A stretch of DNA of 64,000 bases from Octopus sinensis. Lineage: Eukaryota. Within the stretch, counting starts at the first letter, position 1; every line of letters begins with the position of its first letter. Location: positions 126,542,001 to 126,606,000 of the forward strand of contig NC_043001.1 of assembly GCF_006345805.1 (NCBI RefSeq). The letters run 5' to 3'. A program made the position numbers and the translations under genes. A model generated the notes under the pieces. The model did not search any database, was not told where the DNA came from, and was given only the letters and a program-made list of their open reading frames with translations. Below are positions 1 through 11,832 of this stretch, in pieces.

Positions 1-1339
1 CAACAAAAACATGCGGAAAAAGAGGGAATTCAGAAGGGAAACGTTAAAAGGATGAAGTGTTGGACTTGTGGTTTGTTACGGATGTGGGAGAGAAGACACA
101 TTATGACTAACAAGAGGAAGAAGGACGAATGAATTGGGGAGGCTTTGGTGGAGGTCTATGTTTTATTGCAATCAGGCCACTCACTATTTTCTTAATGAAA
201 CTTGATTTCCTGACGAACAGAATTTGTTATAATCTTACAAAGCGTTCTGAATAGCAACGAGTGTTGATTAGGAAGCTGAGCTGAGTTCCAATGGAAGAAA
301 GCCCGATATTCCCTGCCAATGAAGGTCTCTTGGAAACTATTATCGCTACCCTGGGTTGACACAAAACCACTCAATCACATTGCACACTATAAAGTATATT
401 AGTGCATGTCTGGATGAACAGAAATGCTTGTCAGCCGGGATGTATTTGGAGCTATAGATCTCTGATATGTACATAGTTTTATTAAACAGCTACCTTCCTA
501 CCACGATTATGTCTGTTTACTGGATCAGAGATAAGCTACACAACATTATTACTAATACTCAAAGAGTTACTTCAAAGAAATAAAACATCGAGAGCTCTAG
601 GTGAGTTCCCAGCCTTTTTACAAACAACGAAATCTTTTGTTTACGTAAAAGAACCCCAGGTTTTTGAAAGGTCACTCTATTCATTTAAGCCCACCATTAT
701 TATCTTTGGTGACCTGTAGTGGTCCGCCAACGTCAAGCTGGAAACCGCTGCTTTATGTTATCGCTCAATCTTCTTGAAATAGCAACAGAATAACCATCAA
801 ATCACGCCATACAGCGACAGTTTTTAATGTTTTTCTAACTACACTGTATTAGGAAATAAAAGCATTTGGACACACCCACATCTTTTACAAGTTCTATTTT
901 AGATACATAAAGAAAAGGTAATTATTTAACTTCTACTTTAACGTATTGCACCTTGTTGCAATGAAGTACACACGTACTGGCATGGGACATTCAAAACACT
1001 CAAGATGTCTAAATATCCTGCTGTTTTCCGAATCTTTTGAAAACCTCGCGGCACACCTGCAGGCTATACTCAGCACAGTGGTTGGAAATTTCTGCTACAC
1101 AGTTTAAATTATATGAAGGATATATTAAAAGGTATTGTACTGTCTACGCTGTCTGGTATACATAAGAAACATGAGATGGTCATTTCTGGAATGTCTTTGA
1201 TCACGGATTTGCCCGATCAAAGATGACCTGGGGCTAAACAACAATTAGAATGGCAATAATAACACAAGAAACAAAAATCAGAAGCAATGTCCCTTTATGG
1301 CTTTTGCAGTTAAGAAAATAGTCACATACACGTATACGC

Positions 1340-1405
1340 ATATGAACACATACATACATACATACATACATACATACATACATACATACATACATACATA
1401 CATAC
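1340..1405. repeat. (TACA)n microsatellite
   Basis: Direct reading of the tandem tetranucleotide; explains ORFs 1234..1437 and 1297..1689. Confidence 0.95.
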
Positions 1406-1752
1406 ACATACGCATATCTCAACAATGTCTTTTCCATTACGTACTGTTGTTTCTAATAGAAATTGCAGCTGGACGTTTTTATTTCATTTTATTTCAATTA
1501 CAAAACAATAAAATGAGAAATACAGAATTAGAAATAAAGAAACAAAGAAAGAAAGAAGGAAAGAGAGAAAGAAAGAAGGAAAGAAGAAAGAAAGAAGGAA
1601 AGAAGAAAGAAAATCCTCACAAAAGCTGGAATAAAACTAAAACAGAAATATGTAGCTTTATTTCCTTCCTTCCTTCCCTTCTATCTTGATCAGGATTTAC
1701 TTTGCATAAATTTTAGGCTGGTTTATTTTGCTTAAAAACAACACCAACAATG

Positions 1753-1755
1753 ATG

Positions 1756-1800
<45 letters not shown>

Positions 1801-1809
1801 TAATAATAA

Positions 1810-1847
<38 letters not shown>

Positions 1848-1918
1848 ATAATAATAATAATAATAATAATAGTAATAGTAATAATAATAATATAATAATA
1901 TTAATAATAGTAATCATA

Positions 1919-1950
<32 letters not shown>

Positions 1951-2004
1951 TTAATAATAGTAATAGTAATCATAATAATAATAATATTAATAGTAATAGT
2001 AATC

Positions 2005-2052
<48 letters not shown>

Positions 2053-2097
2053 GTAATAGTAATCATAATAATAATAATAATAGTAATAGTAATAATC

Positions 2098-2132
<35 letters not shown>

Positions 2133-2135
2133 CAT
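1753..2135. repeat. Long imperfect (TAA)n microsatellite with an internal (TTA)n inverted block
   Basis: Direct reading; the poly-Ile ORF 1914..2135 is an artefact. Confidence 0.95.
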
Positions 2136-2444
2136 GAAGCTTTCGTTCTCAGCTAACGTGTTTGCTTAAAATATTTGAACCGTAGCCGTGACGGATAAGC
2201 TCAATGTCTGGTTGGTTGAATAAGCTTCCACTCCCGAACAATTCGGGTTTTGTTCATTTTCTTCAAATTTGTTCGTTCATCTCGTGTTTTTGTTTATTTG
2301 AATGATATTGTCAAGAGCAATTTTAACCCAATATTGTTCCTCGCTCTCCAAGTTATAATTAGTTGGAAAATTAGGAGCAGCGGGGTAGAATTACAAATGC
2401 ATGCACGCACGCATGATCACACGTGTTTATGTCTCTCTCTATGA

Positions 2445-2477
<33 letters not shown>

Positions 2478-2579
2478 TGTATGTATGTATGTATGTATGT
2501 ATGTATGTGTGTATGTATGTATTAATGTATATTATATGTGTATATATGCCTATATAAATACATATGTGTTTGTATAAAT

Positions 2580-2637
<58 letters not shown>

Positions 2638-2648
2638 ATGTATGTGTG

Positions 2649-2682
<34 letters not shown>

Positions 2683-2700
2683 AAGAAAGAGAAATAGATA
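2445..2700. repeat. Compound microsatellite (TATG)n/(TA)n/(TG)n/(GA)n
   Basis: Direct reading. Confidence 0.9.
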
Positions 2701-3187
2701 GACAGGCAGACAGACAGAGAGCAATACATATATAAATGTATATATTAGTATCTGTGTATTAAGTTTGTAAGTGTGAGAGAGATAATAATTAAATCTATAT
2801 AAGATACAAGAGCACTCAATACCAGTTTTTGTAGTGCTTAACGTAATACGGTCAAAGCTAAGACCTTATATAGGTACAGGCTGTTTCGTTAACGTATGCA
2901 CAAGCTGCATAAATACACTCATCCAGATCCCGTATCGTATCTTATCTCTCTCCTGCCGTGGGAGAATGTAGTAAGTACTTTAAAAGGTTTGATGTATTTT
3001 GAAAATAACATTATCGCTCCCCAATGCTTTAAGCCGTTTTAAATAACTTCCGGTTTCTCACACAGAGGGGAAAGGATGAAATGCTTAAAAGCAGGTTGTC
3101 CGAATAAGTGCACTAAGCAGAGGAACGGAGGTTCAGGAAACAGACTGTAGCCATAAACAACTGTAATTGCTGACTAAGTTATTTCGT

Positions 3188-3320
3188 TGCTGTGTGGTAA
3201 GAAGCTTGCTTCCCAATCATAATGGTTCTAGGTTCAGTCCCACTGCGTGACATCTTAGGTAAATATCTCCTACTATGGCCGATCAAAGCCTTGTGGGTGG
3301 ATTCGGTAGACGGAAACTGT
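3188..3320 (+). mobile_element. tRNA-derived SINE family A (CORE-like), 5' half
   Basis: gctgtgtggtaagaagcttgcttcccaa...ggttcagtcccactgcg head; the same sequence recurs at 16720-17106 and elsewhere. Confidence 0.85.
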
Positions 3321-3780
3321 ATATATAATGTATATATTAGTATCTGTGTATTAAGTTTGTAAGTGTGAGAGAGATAATAATTAAATCTATATAAGATACA
3401 AGAGCACTCAATACCAGTTTTTGTAGTGCTTAACGTAATACGGTCAAAGCTAAGACCTTATATAGGTACAGGCTGTTTCGTTAACGTATGCACAAGCTGC
3501 ATAAATACACTCATCCAGATCCCGTATCGTATCTTATCTCTCTCCTGCCGTGGGAGAATGTAGTAAGTACTTTAAAAGGTTTGATGTATTTTGAAAATAA
3601 CATTATCACTCCCCAATGCTTTAAGCCGTTTTAAATAACTTCCGGTTTCTCACACAGAGGGGAAAGGATGAAATGCTTAAAAGCAGGTTGTCCGAATAAG
3701 TGCACTAAGCAGAGGAACGGAGGTTCAGGAAACAGACTGTAGCCATAAACAACTGTAATTGCTGACTAAGTTATTCCGTT

Positions 3781-3910
3781 GCTGTGTGGTAAGAAGCTTG
3801 CTTCCCAATCAATGGTTCTGGGTTCAGTCCCACTGCGTGACATCTTAGGTAAATATCTTCTACTATGGCAGATCAAAGCCTTATGAGTGGATTCGGTAGA
3901 CGGAAACTGT
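3781..3910 (+). mobile_element. SINE family A, 5' half (duplicated copy)
   Basis: Same head as 3188-3320. Confidence 0.85.
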
Positions 3911-3944
3911 ATATATATATGTATATATACATATACATACACAC

Positions 3945-3975
<31 letters not shown>

Positions 3976-4004
3976 CATACACACACACACGCACACACAC
4001 TTAG

Positions 4005-4159
4005 CGATTTTTTTCCTCTGTCTTCCCTTCTCTGGATCTTTCCTTCTCCGCTCGAAACGTTAAACCCTCCTTCTTTCCTTCTTTCCTGAGCGGCCAATAA
4101 TACTATATTTGTTGCACGTCCTCGCGTTGTTGTGTTTTTTTGTGCTTTCTTGTTTGTAT

Positions 4160-4165
<6 letters not shown>
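4005..4165 (+). mobile_element. Penelope-like terminal (pLTR-type) fragment with a partial hammerhead motif, abutting (TA)n
   Basis: Reverse complement of the 9001-9200 sequence; keeps ctccgctcgaaacgttaaac but lacks the 5' core. Confidence 0.55.
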
Positions 4166-4203
<38 letters not shown>

Positions 4204-4741
4204 TATAGATATATATAAAGCACGATCTATTAGTGATCAGAGACGTTCGTAAACCCAGGTACAACTGTATTAAATGAATATGAGAAAGACAGGAGATGAA
4301 GCACGATTTATTCGGGATCAGAGTTGTTAGAAAACCGAGGTACAACTGTATACGATTAATCTGCTCATTGTATACTTACCTTATTTTTGATTTTTGATTC
4401 TTATATACATATTTTATTTATGATTAGTTGTAAGTGGGCTTATTACTCACAAAAGGGAACTGTACTTCATTCTAAAGTATTCTATAGCTTGATCTCCCTT
4501 GTACGCCACCTGCTACAGGCAAATATCGAAATATATTATAATCGAAATACGTGAAACCGGGTTTAATGAGCGAGATACCTTTTGAAAATCACATGACGAC
4601 GTACATCTGCACAGAATGATGCGCCACAATCAGTTGCACAGAATCTCACCAGCGAGGTACCGTTGCACGATGTTGTCGAAACGATCGTAGTGATCAATAA
4701 ACAATCTCGTGAATTCTATTTTCTCTTTCTCTTGTATATGT

Positions 4742-4784
<43 letters not shown>

Positions 4785-5249
4785 TAATATTATATCGTCT
4801 GAATAAATGAATCCATGAAGATGATCTACCCGATGCCCACGGTTACTACGGACTACACTGCAACCATACCAGGAATACGGACTGTGATCTGTGATTTGTG
4901 GAAATGCGCGTAGCGGTGCATCAAAATGTTTATAAATTCCATCCAAGGATTATTGTTATCATTCCTATATTTATCCTACCTTACATCGGTACAGCTCGAT
5001 GCAACCCTCCGAAAACAGGTTCACCAGTCAGCAGCATTAGACTGTGGCCAGCATAATAGAATAAGCGTTTTATTTGCATATTCAAAAAGTTCCCCGTAAA
5101 CCAATTTAAAAGATACATACACACACACACACACATACACACACATATGTATATATCCTTTTACTCGTTTACATATTTCAGTCACTTGACTATGGCCATG
5201 CTGGAGTACCGCTTTAGTCGAACAAATCGTGTCTGTGTGGTGGTGGCGG

Positions 5250-5600
5250 GGGGCGTGTGTGTTCTGTTCCTCTTCCTGTAAGCTCATGTCTGTACATTTC
5301 CCACTATATGTATATCTTTATTTGCTATCAAGGTACTATCCCACACTTGTTTTGGCAAAAGTATAAACTGCTATTAAAATGCTGGCCGCTGATTGCTTGC
5401 AGGAAAATGCACTATCAGTACCTCTATTCTTCAAACATCTGTGTGGACCAGCCGGCAGACTTTCTTTCTTCTCATCAAGATTTCGGTTATAGCACATCCC
5501 GAGAAGGTAGTTATCTGCCCCTGGTTGGAACTCTCCCGTATGAAATTTACGCATGCTCAGTGACTTGCTTCTACTTCTGCGTACTGCCGACTCACAGGCT
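5250..5600 (-). pseudogene. Decayed second ORF of the PIF/Harbinger (ISL2EU-like) element, divergent from the transposase
   Basis: ORF 5336..5554 (...LPAGPHRC...SCKQSAASILIAV) loosely resembles a SWIM-type segment and lies head-to-head with the THAP-DDE ORF, as in ISL2EU; weak similarity. Confidence 0.3.
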
Positions 5601-5616
5601 GTATGACCGATTTATA

Positions 5617-6840
5617 TGATGTCTTCGTAGAAATCGCGCAAATACTGTTGTATATGCAGCAATTATAGAGGGAAGAATGTAGACGGCAAAGTTATTTCAC
5701 TTCGTAGATACCCAGCAAACGTCGCTATTCGTCGTATTTAGCTTCAGAGATCGAGACTTGTGAGGAAAGTCTTTGTTTACATTGCAAATAGCCAGATTAG
5801 CTGCCAGCATTTCGTCAATTCTAATGGACCATTCACAGAACACCCCTTGCCATCCATTTTTCCAAACAAAGTATTTAAAACATCGGTACGTGCATGATCA
5901 TACACGCAGTACTCGGACCTTGGAAAGTAAGATGGTGGATTGTGAAACACAGGCAAATGCACCTGTGCTTACATATGAAGATGTGAAAAATGATAAGCAG
6001 AAGTTTCTATTTTGCACAGGAATACCAGATTCCATAACTTTTGATTGTTTTCTTTTTATGAAAACTACCAGACATGGTGAATCATCAGAGCAAGAGAGAC
6101 CCAGGCAGCTTCGATTAATTGATGAATTTTTTTTTGCATTTATGAGATTGCGACTTGGGCCACTATTAGAGGATTTAGCATATCGCTCCTGCATTAGCAC
6201 AATAACATGCGGCACAATATTTTATAAGTGGATTGATTACTTAGATGTCCAGTTATCCTTTCTGGTAATATGGCCATCAAGAAAAGCAGTAAATGACCAT
6301 ATGCCACCATCATTCCGTGCAAAGTATCCAACTTGTCGAGTTATAGTTGATTGTACAGAAATACGAACTGAGACTCCTTCTTCCCTACAAAGCAAATCAT
6401 TGATGTACAGTGATTATAAATCACGTATGACATGGAAGGGCTTAATAGGTATCAGTCCAGCTGGTGCAGTAACTTTTGTATTGTAGTTATGGGTAGGGAG
6501 TGTAAGTGATAAAGTTTAACACAGAAAAGCTATTTATTAGATCTCTGCCAAAATAGCGATTCCATAATGACCAACAAAGGATTTCTTATCTTTGATCTTA
6601 CAACAGCCGTGGGATCCAGTTGATCCTACTCCCGTTTAAAAACCAGAAAAGGCAACTATCCAAGAGGGAAGTTTTGGAATCACGGACTATTGCAAACCTT
6701 CGGATTCATGTTGAGCGTCAGATGGAAAGAATTAAGAACTTCAATATTTTGAAAGTAGTCATGCCTTTAAGTATGTCTCACCAAGTATCAAAAATCTGGA
6801 AATTGTGTGCTACATTGAACAATTTACAGCCACCACTTAT
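5617..6840 (+). pseudogene. PIF/Harbinger (ISL2EU-like) transposase pseudogene: THAP domain, HTH and DDE_Tnp_4-type core
   Basis: THAP-like CCICSNY...RRYPANVAIRRI*...SCQHF...LPSIFP; core IVDCTEIRTETPSS...YSDYK...KGLIGISPAGAVTF, then IANLRIHVERQMERIKNF. Several stops and frameshifts. Confidence 0.9.
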
Positions 6841-7161
6841 TCTGTTGGTCTCTTTTTGCCAAACCACTAAATTACATAAGCACACACCCCTGCGCAACAC
6901 TGGCTGTCAAGCGGTGGTGGAGGACAAAGGTGGTGAGTTGGAAGAAATGTTAGCACGCGAAATGCTTCGCGGTATTTCGTCTGCCGCTACGTTGTGAGTT
7001 CAAATTCCGCCGAGGTTGACTTTGCCTTTCATCCTTTCGGGGTCGATTAAATAAGTACCAGTTACGTACTGGAGTCAATATAATCGACTTAATCCGTTTG
7101 TCCTCTCTGTGTTTGGTCCCTTGTGGGTAGTAAAGAAATAGGTGGTGGAGGACAAACACAC

Positions 7162-7208
<47 letters not shown>

Positions 7209-7306
7209 GTGCTTCTTTCAGTTTCCATCTACCAAATCCACTTTGTTCAACCCGAGGCTATTGTAGAAGACACTTGCCTAAAGTGCCGCACAGTGGGATT
7301 GAACCT
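6836..7306 (-). mobile_element. SINE family A, interrupted by a family B SINE
   Basis: Family A 3' half at 6836-6928, then the (CA)n middle and 5' half at 7157-7306. Confidence 0.8.
6929..7140 (+). mobile_element. tRNA-derived SINE family B with a 16-bp TSD
   Basis: Head ...ttagcacgcgaaatgc, body gactttgcctttcatcctttcggggtcga; TSD ggtggtggaggacaaa at 6913-6928 and 7141-7156. Confidence 0.9.
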
Positions 7307-7819
7307 AGACGAGGAGCCTCAATCACCATGCTCCACCACCCCAACCTCGTCCTCTCCATCAGTGTTGCTGTCATTGACCAAAATCAATTATCTCATATAT
7401 TAAGCCCAGGCTCTCCTTATATTTAAAGAAATTTCAGCAAAATTCTTACGATGATATGACGTGACACAAAACAACAATGGCGTGGGGAGTCCGCGGAAGT
7501 CGAATTGTCTGCATGGAGCACCGCCTTGCCAAGGGAGATAATCTACTTATCGGAATGGCTCATAAGTAGCGATGACTAGCTTTAACTGCAACTTAATATC
7601 AATAATCTGAGCTTACATGTAAATGTTCCGGGAGAATACCAGCACAGCCGTTATGAACATTCCTCAGTTAATCTTTCATTGACCTCTTGTGATTTAAACT
7701 CCCCTAACATTCAAGTGTATCCTAACCTTTTGTCAGTACTTATATAGGAAAGAGGAAAGAGGAAAGGTCCAGGGAAATGGTAAAAGTCGAAAACCACGAG
7801 GCTGAAGTGACCGATATGA

Positions 7820-7857
<38 letters not shown>

Positions 7858-7882
7858 AGAGAAAGAGAGACAAACAGACAGA

Positions 7883-7924
<42 letters not shown>

Positions 7925-8202
7925 GGCAGATAAACCGACAGACTGACAAATAAATAGACAGATAGAGACGCGGAGAGAAAGATATTGAGGTTTAATAAAA
8001 ATTCCCGTTTTTCGGTCTATGTTATAAAGTATAAATTAGTAAACAGTCACATTATTATATTGTTGGTCATTGTGGAGACTGCATTGCCACGCACCGTTAA
8101 GCTTGTATACAGTTAGCTCCGATAAACGTTATCCCACTTATATATAGTGTCCCATTATATATGAGCAGTCACTCATTTTATGGTGTACGAACCAGATCAA
8201 CC

Positions 8203-8285
<83 letters not shown>

Positions 8286-8287
8286 CC
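8203..8287. repeat. (CT)n microsatellite
   Basis: Direct reading. Confidence 0.95.
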
Positions 8288-8849
8288 TTTCTCCTCCTAA
8301 CCTTTTGCACTTATCTCTTTCTTTCTTATGGCTCCTATCCTATCGCATTTCCGTCCATAGTTTTCGCACCAATCTATTTTTATTAGGCCTGGAGTTATTA
8401 ATGTCTAGATAGGTGTCTAACAACACTAATACACTAGAGACATTTTGAAAATACGGTAATGAAACATCTACACAGAGTGGCTCGATCTGCTAAATATAAC
8501 CAACTAGTAGCCAAATAGCTCTGCACCATAACCTGGCCTATTGTCATTGACAAGAAAGGATGACTTGAATAATTTCGTTGTTGGATTTGGTTTGCAAGAT
8601 TCTTAATGTGAGTTGGTGTGTTGATGCATATTTTGCTGTGTCTGAGGAGAGTCATTCTCTTTTGGGGCCCCATTATTTAATACACTCACCAGTTTAGTTT
8701 CCACTCATTTACTTATTTGCTTTTTCTTGCATTTTCGTTGCGTTTTGCAACCTTTTCAGTAATCGTTGATTTTGTTCTCTGAACTGCATTCTTTTTGTTT
8801 GTTTGTGCGCATGTGTATGGGTCAATGTGCGTGCTCATACACATATGCG

Positions 8850-8950
8850 TGTATGTATGTATGTATGTATGTATGTATGTATGTATGTATGTATGTATGC
8901 ATGTATGTATGTATGTATGTATGTACGTGTTTGCATGTATGTGTGTGTGT

Positions 8951-9000
<50 letters not shown>
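8850..9000. repeat. Compound (TATG)n/(TG)n/(TA)n microsatellite
   Basis: Direct reading. Confidence 0.95.
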
Positions 9001-9005
<5 letters not shown>

Positions 9006-9200
9006 TAATCCAAACGGGAAAACAGAAAAAACAACAACACGTGGAACAATTACAGTATTATTATTATTAGGCGCTCAGGAAAATGGAAGAAGGAGGGTAT
9101 GACGTTTCGAGCGGAGCTCTTCGTCGGAAACATAGGAGAAAGAAAGATCCCGAGACGGGAGGACAGAGGAAAAAAAATTGCAGGTAGTCTTCACGATGTC
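9001..9200 (-). mobile_element. Penelope-like terminal region containing a minimal hammerhead-like motif
   Basis: Starts exactly at (TA)n; shares ggcgctcagga and the gtttcgagc...gctcttc motif with 15710-15900 and 4005-4165. Confidence 0.6.
9097..9134 (-). ncRNA. Minimal type I hammerhead-like motif, variant core CCGACGA(+A)
   Basis: Minus strand: UAUGUUU CCGACGA A GAGC-UCC-GCUC GAAAC GUC AUAC. Helix II is perfect; helix I is poorly paired. Confidence 0.4.
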
Positions 9201-9306
9201 ACATACTGAAAAGACGGAAGTAGTAAAACAGGAGGAAAATGTTTTTTAAAAACAGGAGAGCTGAATCAAAGAGGGAATGGTAAAAAAGGTGTGCGAGAAA
9301 ACGAGG

Positions 9307-9338
<32 letters not shown>

Positions 9339-10029
9339 GTGTGTATGTGTGTGTATGGTGGACAGTGGCTAGTAGCAGGCAGTAGTAGAATTAAAGGAGT
9401 GTGTGGGGGTACCCTAGCAAGTCAGAAAGGCAGATCAGAAACAGGGAGGTATGTGTGTGTGCGTGTGTATGTATGTGTGAGTGTGTGCGTGTGCGTGTGT
9501 GTATGTGTGTGTGAGGCGAGATAAAAAAACAAAAAATATGTATATGTTAGTGCGTGCAGGGCGAACAGATGACATAGCAAGTCTCGAGTGAGTGGTCAGT
9601 GGTAAAAAAAGGGAGGAAGGAGGGAAGAAGGGAAGGAGGGAAAGGGTGGGGGCGTATGTAACGTGCCAGTGTGTGTGTAGAGTGGTAGTGTGTCCAGTGT
9701 GTGTAGTTGTGTGTATGGCAAGTAAATTTGAAGTGTGTGTAAGTGTAATGTATATATATATGCAAATGTGTGTGTGTGAGTGGGTGTGTGTATGTGTGCG
9801 CGTGTGTGTACAAAGAGGGGGGGTTAAGGAAAAAACTGCAGCGGAGGGGGGGGAGATGGAAGAGTGGTCCCGCGGCGACAGGCGTGGGAGAACCCAAAGG
9901 CACGCGCCGGCCCCAGATACGTACAGGAGATCTAGTCGGTCAAACCACGAGCGTGGTGCATGCATGCGTGTATGCGTGCGCGAACGTGCACAAGCGTGTA
10001 TGTGCGCGCGCCTGCGAGTGTGTGTGTAA

Positions 10030-10620
10030 GTATGTATGTGTGTGGATGTGTGAGTGTGTCTGTGTGTAAGTCTGGGTGTCAGTGTGTCCGATGAATGTAT
10101 GTAAGTATGTGTGTGTATATGTGTGTATATAGATGTATATGTGTGTATATAGATGTATGTCCGTGTGTGTTTGTGTGTATGTGTATGAGTGTGTATGTAT
10201 GTACGTGTGTGTGTGTGGAAGTGTGTGTAGGTGCATGTGTATGCGCGTACATGCAGGTGTGTGAGTGAGTGTGTGTGTGTGTATGTATATGTGAGTGTGT
10301 ATGTCTGTGTGTGTAGGATACATGTATGTGTATGGGTGTATGTATGTGTGTGTGTGTGTATGTATGTGTACGTATATATATGTATGTGTGTACGTTTGTA
10401 TGTATGTATTCTGCATACTCATGTGTTTGTGTTTTTATGTTTGTTTGTGTGTGTGTGTATACCTCTGTCTCCTTGTCTGTGCATGTCTGAGTGTGTTTGT
10501 GTATGGGTTTTTGTGAATATGTACTTGTGTATGTATACACATATACATACGTGTATGTACATATATATATATATAAACACATGCACACACATGCACACAT
10601 ACATACATACTTCCACATAA
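10030..10620. repeat. Degenerate TG/TATG low-complexity tract
   Basis: Direct reading; generates many artefact ORFs. Confidence 0.9.
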
Positions 10621-10684
10621 GAGCCCACTAACTATTCTATCTGTATATATATATAGTGTGGGTATAGGGGTATGGTTACCTACT

Positions 10685-11349
10685 ATGTATATTTCCTATT
10701 TAGTACTGGGGATGTTTCATTTATGAGAACGTACTCCTGTATTTGTCTGAGTGTTGTGTCCTTCGGGTACTAGGATAAAATGCGGATGTGTAATTGACCC
10801 AGGTTGCCTCCATGTCGGTCTTTGGCATGTTAGTAGAGTATGGAGGACTGTTTTTTGTAGTCATATTGTCTCAAATATCCATTTAGTCTTTCCGAAATTC
10901 TTCTCGATAGCTCACCTATGTATATCATGTTCTTGTCTTAATAAGCAAATTCTGTGCACCTTATCCTGTAGACTAGTTCTAGTTCTACAGTTAATTCCAG
11001 GGTTAATCCTACATGCCATGCAGTTATCATTGGCACATTTGGTATTCTTAAAGGGGTACGTCCTACATAGCTGTGATCTGATGGAGCTCCCTCACTTTTC
11101 AACGATCTTAATGTCGAGTTTGGCCTCTTTCAGAGCTCTCCTAAATCTACGGTCTCGTTCTCCATGGGCTGTGGCCTCTACAAACATCACTCCTTGATAT
11201 TTGTAGGTATTGTACCACGTGTTCACCCTGTATGCTTTGTCACAAACTCTTTGTATTCTATTCCCGTCTTTACTTCTATATCTAGGGCAGGTACCACTGG
11301 TTTCATTACATTCAAATAGATTGTCGGAAATATAAATTCTATGTGACAT
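10685..11349 (-). pseudogene. Penelope-like element ORF 3' part: Cys-rich linker and GIY-YIG endonuclease
   Basis: Translation ...KCANDNCMACRINPGINCRT.ELVYRIRC...MIYIGELSRRISERL...SILY*HAKDRH...RQIQEYVLINETSPVLNRK*; internal TAA/TAG stops. Confidence 0.88.
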
Positions 11350-11579
11350 TTTACATTATGAGATCAAATTTCGTGTAAGTCATCTTTAATTTTCATCCCC
11401 CACTCACGAGATCGATAAACTAAACTAAAAGTCAAGTACTGAATCGTTATAATCGATTAACTCTTAACATGAAAGTTTTCAATGTAAAGATTTAAACATT
11501 GTGTCTAAAATAACACCATACTACCTGTTTTACCAATAAACTGGTACCTGACAAATTCATTGGTAATTAATATTTTATT

Positions 11580-11800
11580 CTTTCATTCTTTTACTTGTTT
11601 CAGTCATGTGATTGCGGCCATGCTGGAATAAGGCCTTTAGTCAAATGGACCCCAGGACTTAATCATTTTAAACCTAGTGCTTATCCTGTCGTTCTCTTTT
11701 GCCGAAAAGCTACGTTACGCGGACATAAGCACACCGACATCGGTTGACAAGCGATGGTGAGGCGACAAACAAAGACACATAAATACATATATATATACAT
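11580..11800 (-). mobile_element. SINE family A, 3' half
   Basis: ttttacttgtttcagtcatgtgattgcggccatgctgga...; probably the same copy as 12650-12812, split at its TA tract. Confidence 0.8.
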
Positions 11801-11832
11801 ACATAATACATACATATACATATATATATAAC

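Larger units (their letters stand above)
2735..3916. repeat. Tandem duplication of ~591 bp (2735-3326 and 3327-3916)
   Basis: aatgtatatattagtatctgtg... starts at 2735 and 3327; both copies end in attcggtagacggaaactgtatata. Confidence 0.95.

Noticed and set aside
190-1230. Possible decayed coding sequence at the window start
   Set aside because: All frames have many stops and I recognise no motif.
6929-6990. SINE heads as genuine tRNA genes
   Set aside because: They only have A/B-box-like segments and continue into SINE bodies; there is no complete cloverleaf.
7470-7510. YY1/ETS-like motifs (caatggcg, gcggaagt)
   Set aside because: Only partial motifs with no further promoter evidence; such short words occur by chance.
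8641-8665. CUGAGGA-GAG-loop-CUC motif
   Set aside because: Not followed by GAAA, so there is no hammerhead core.
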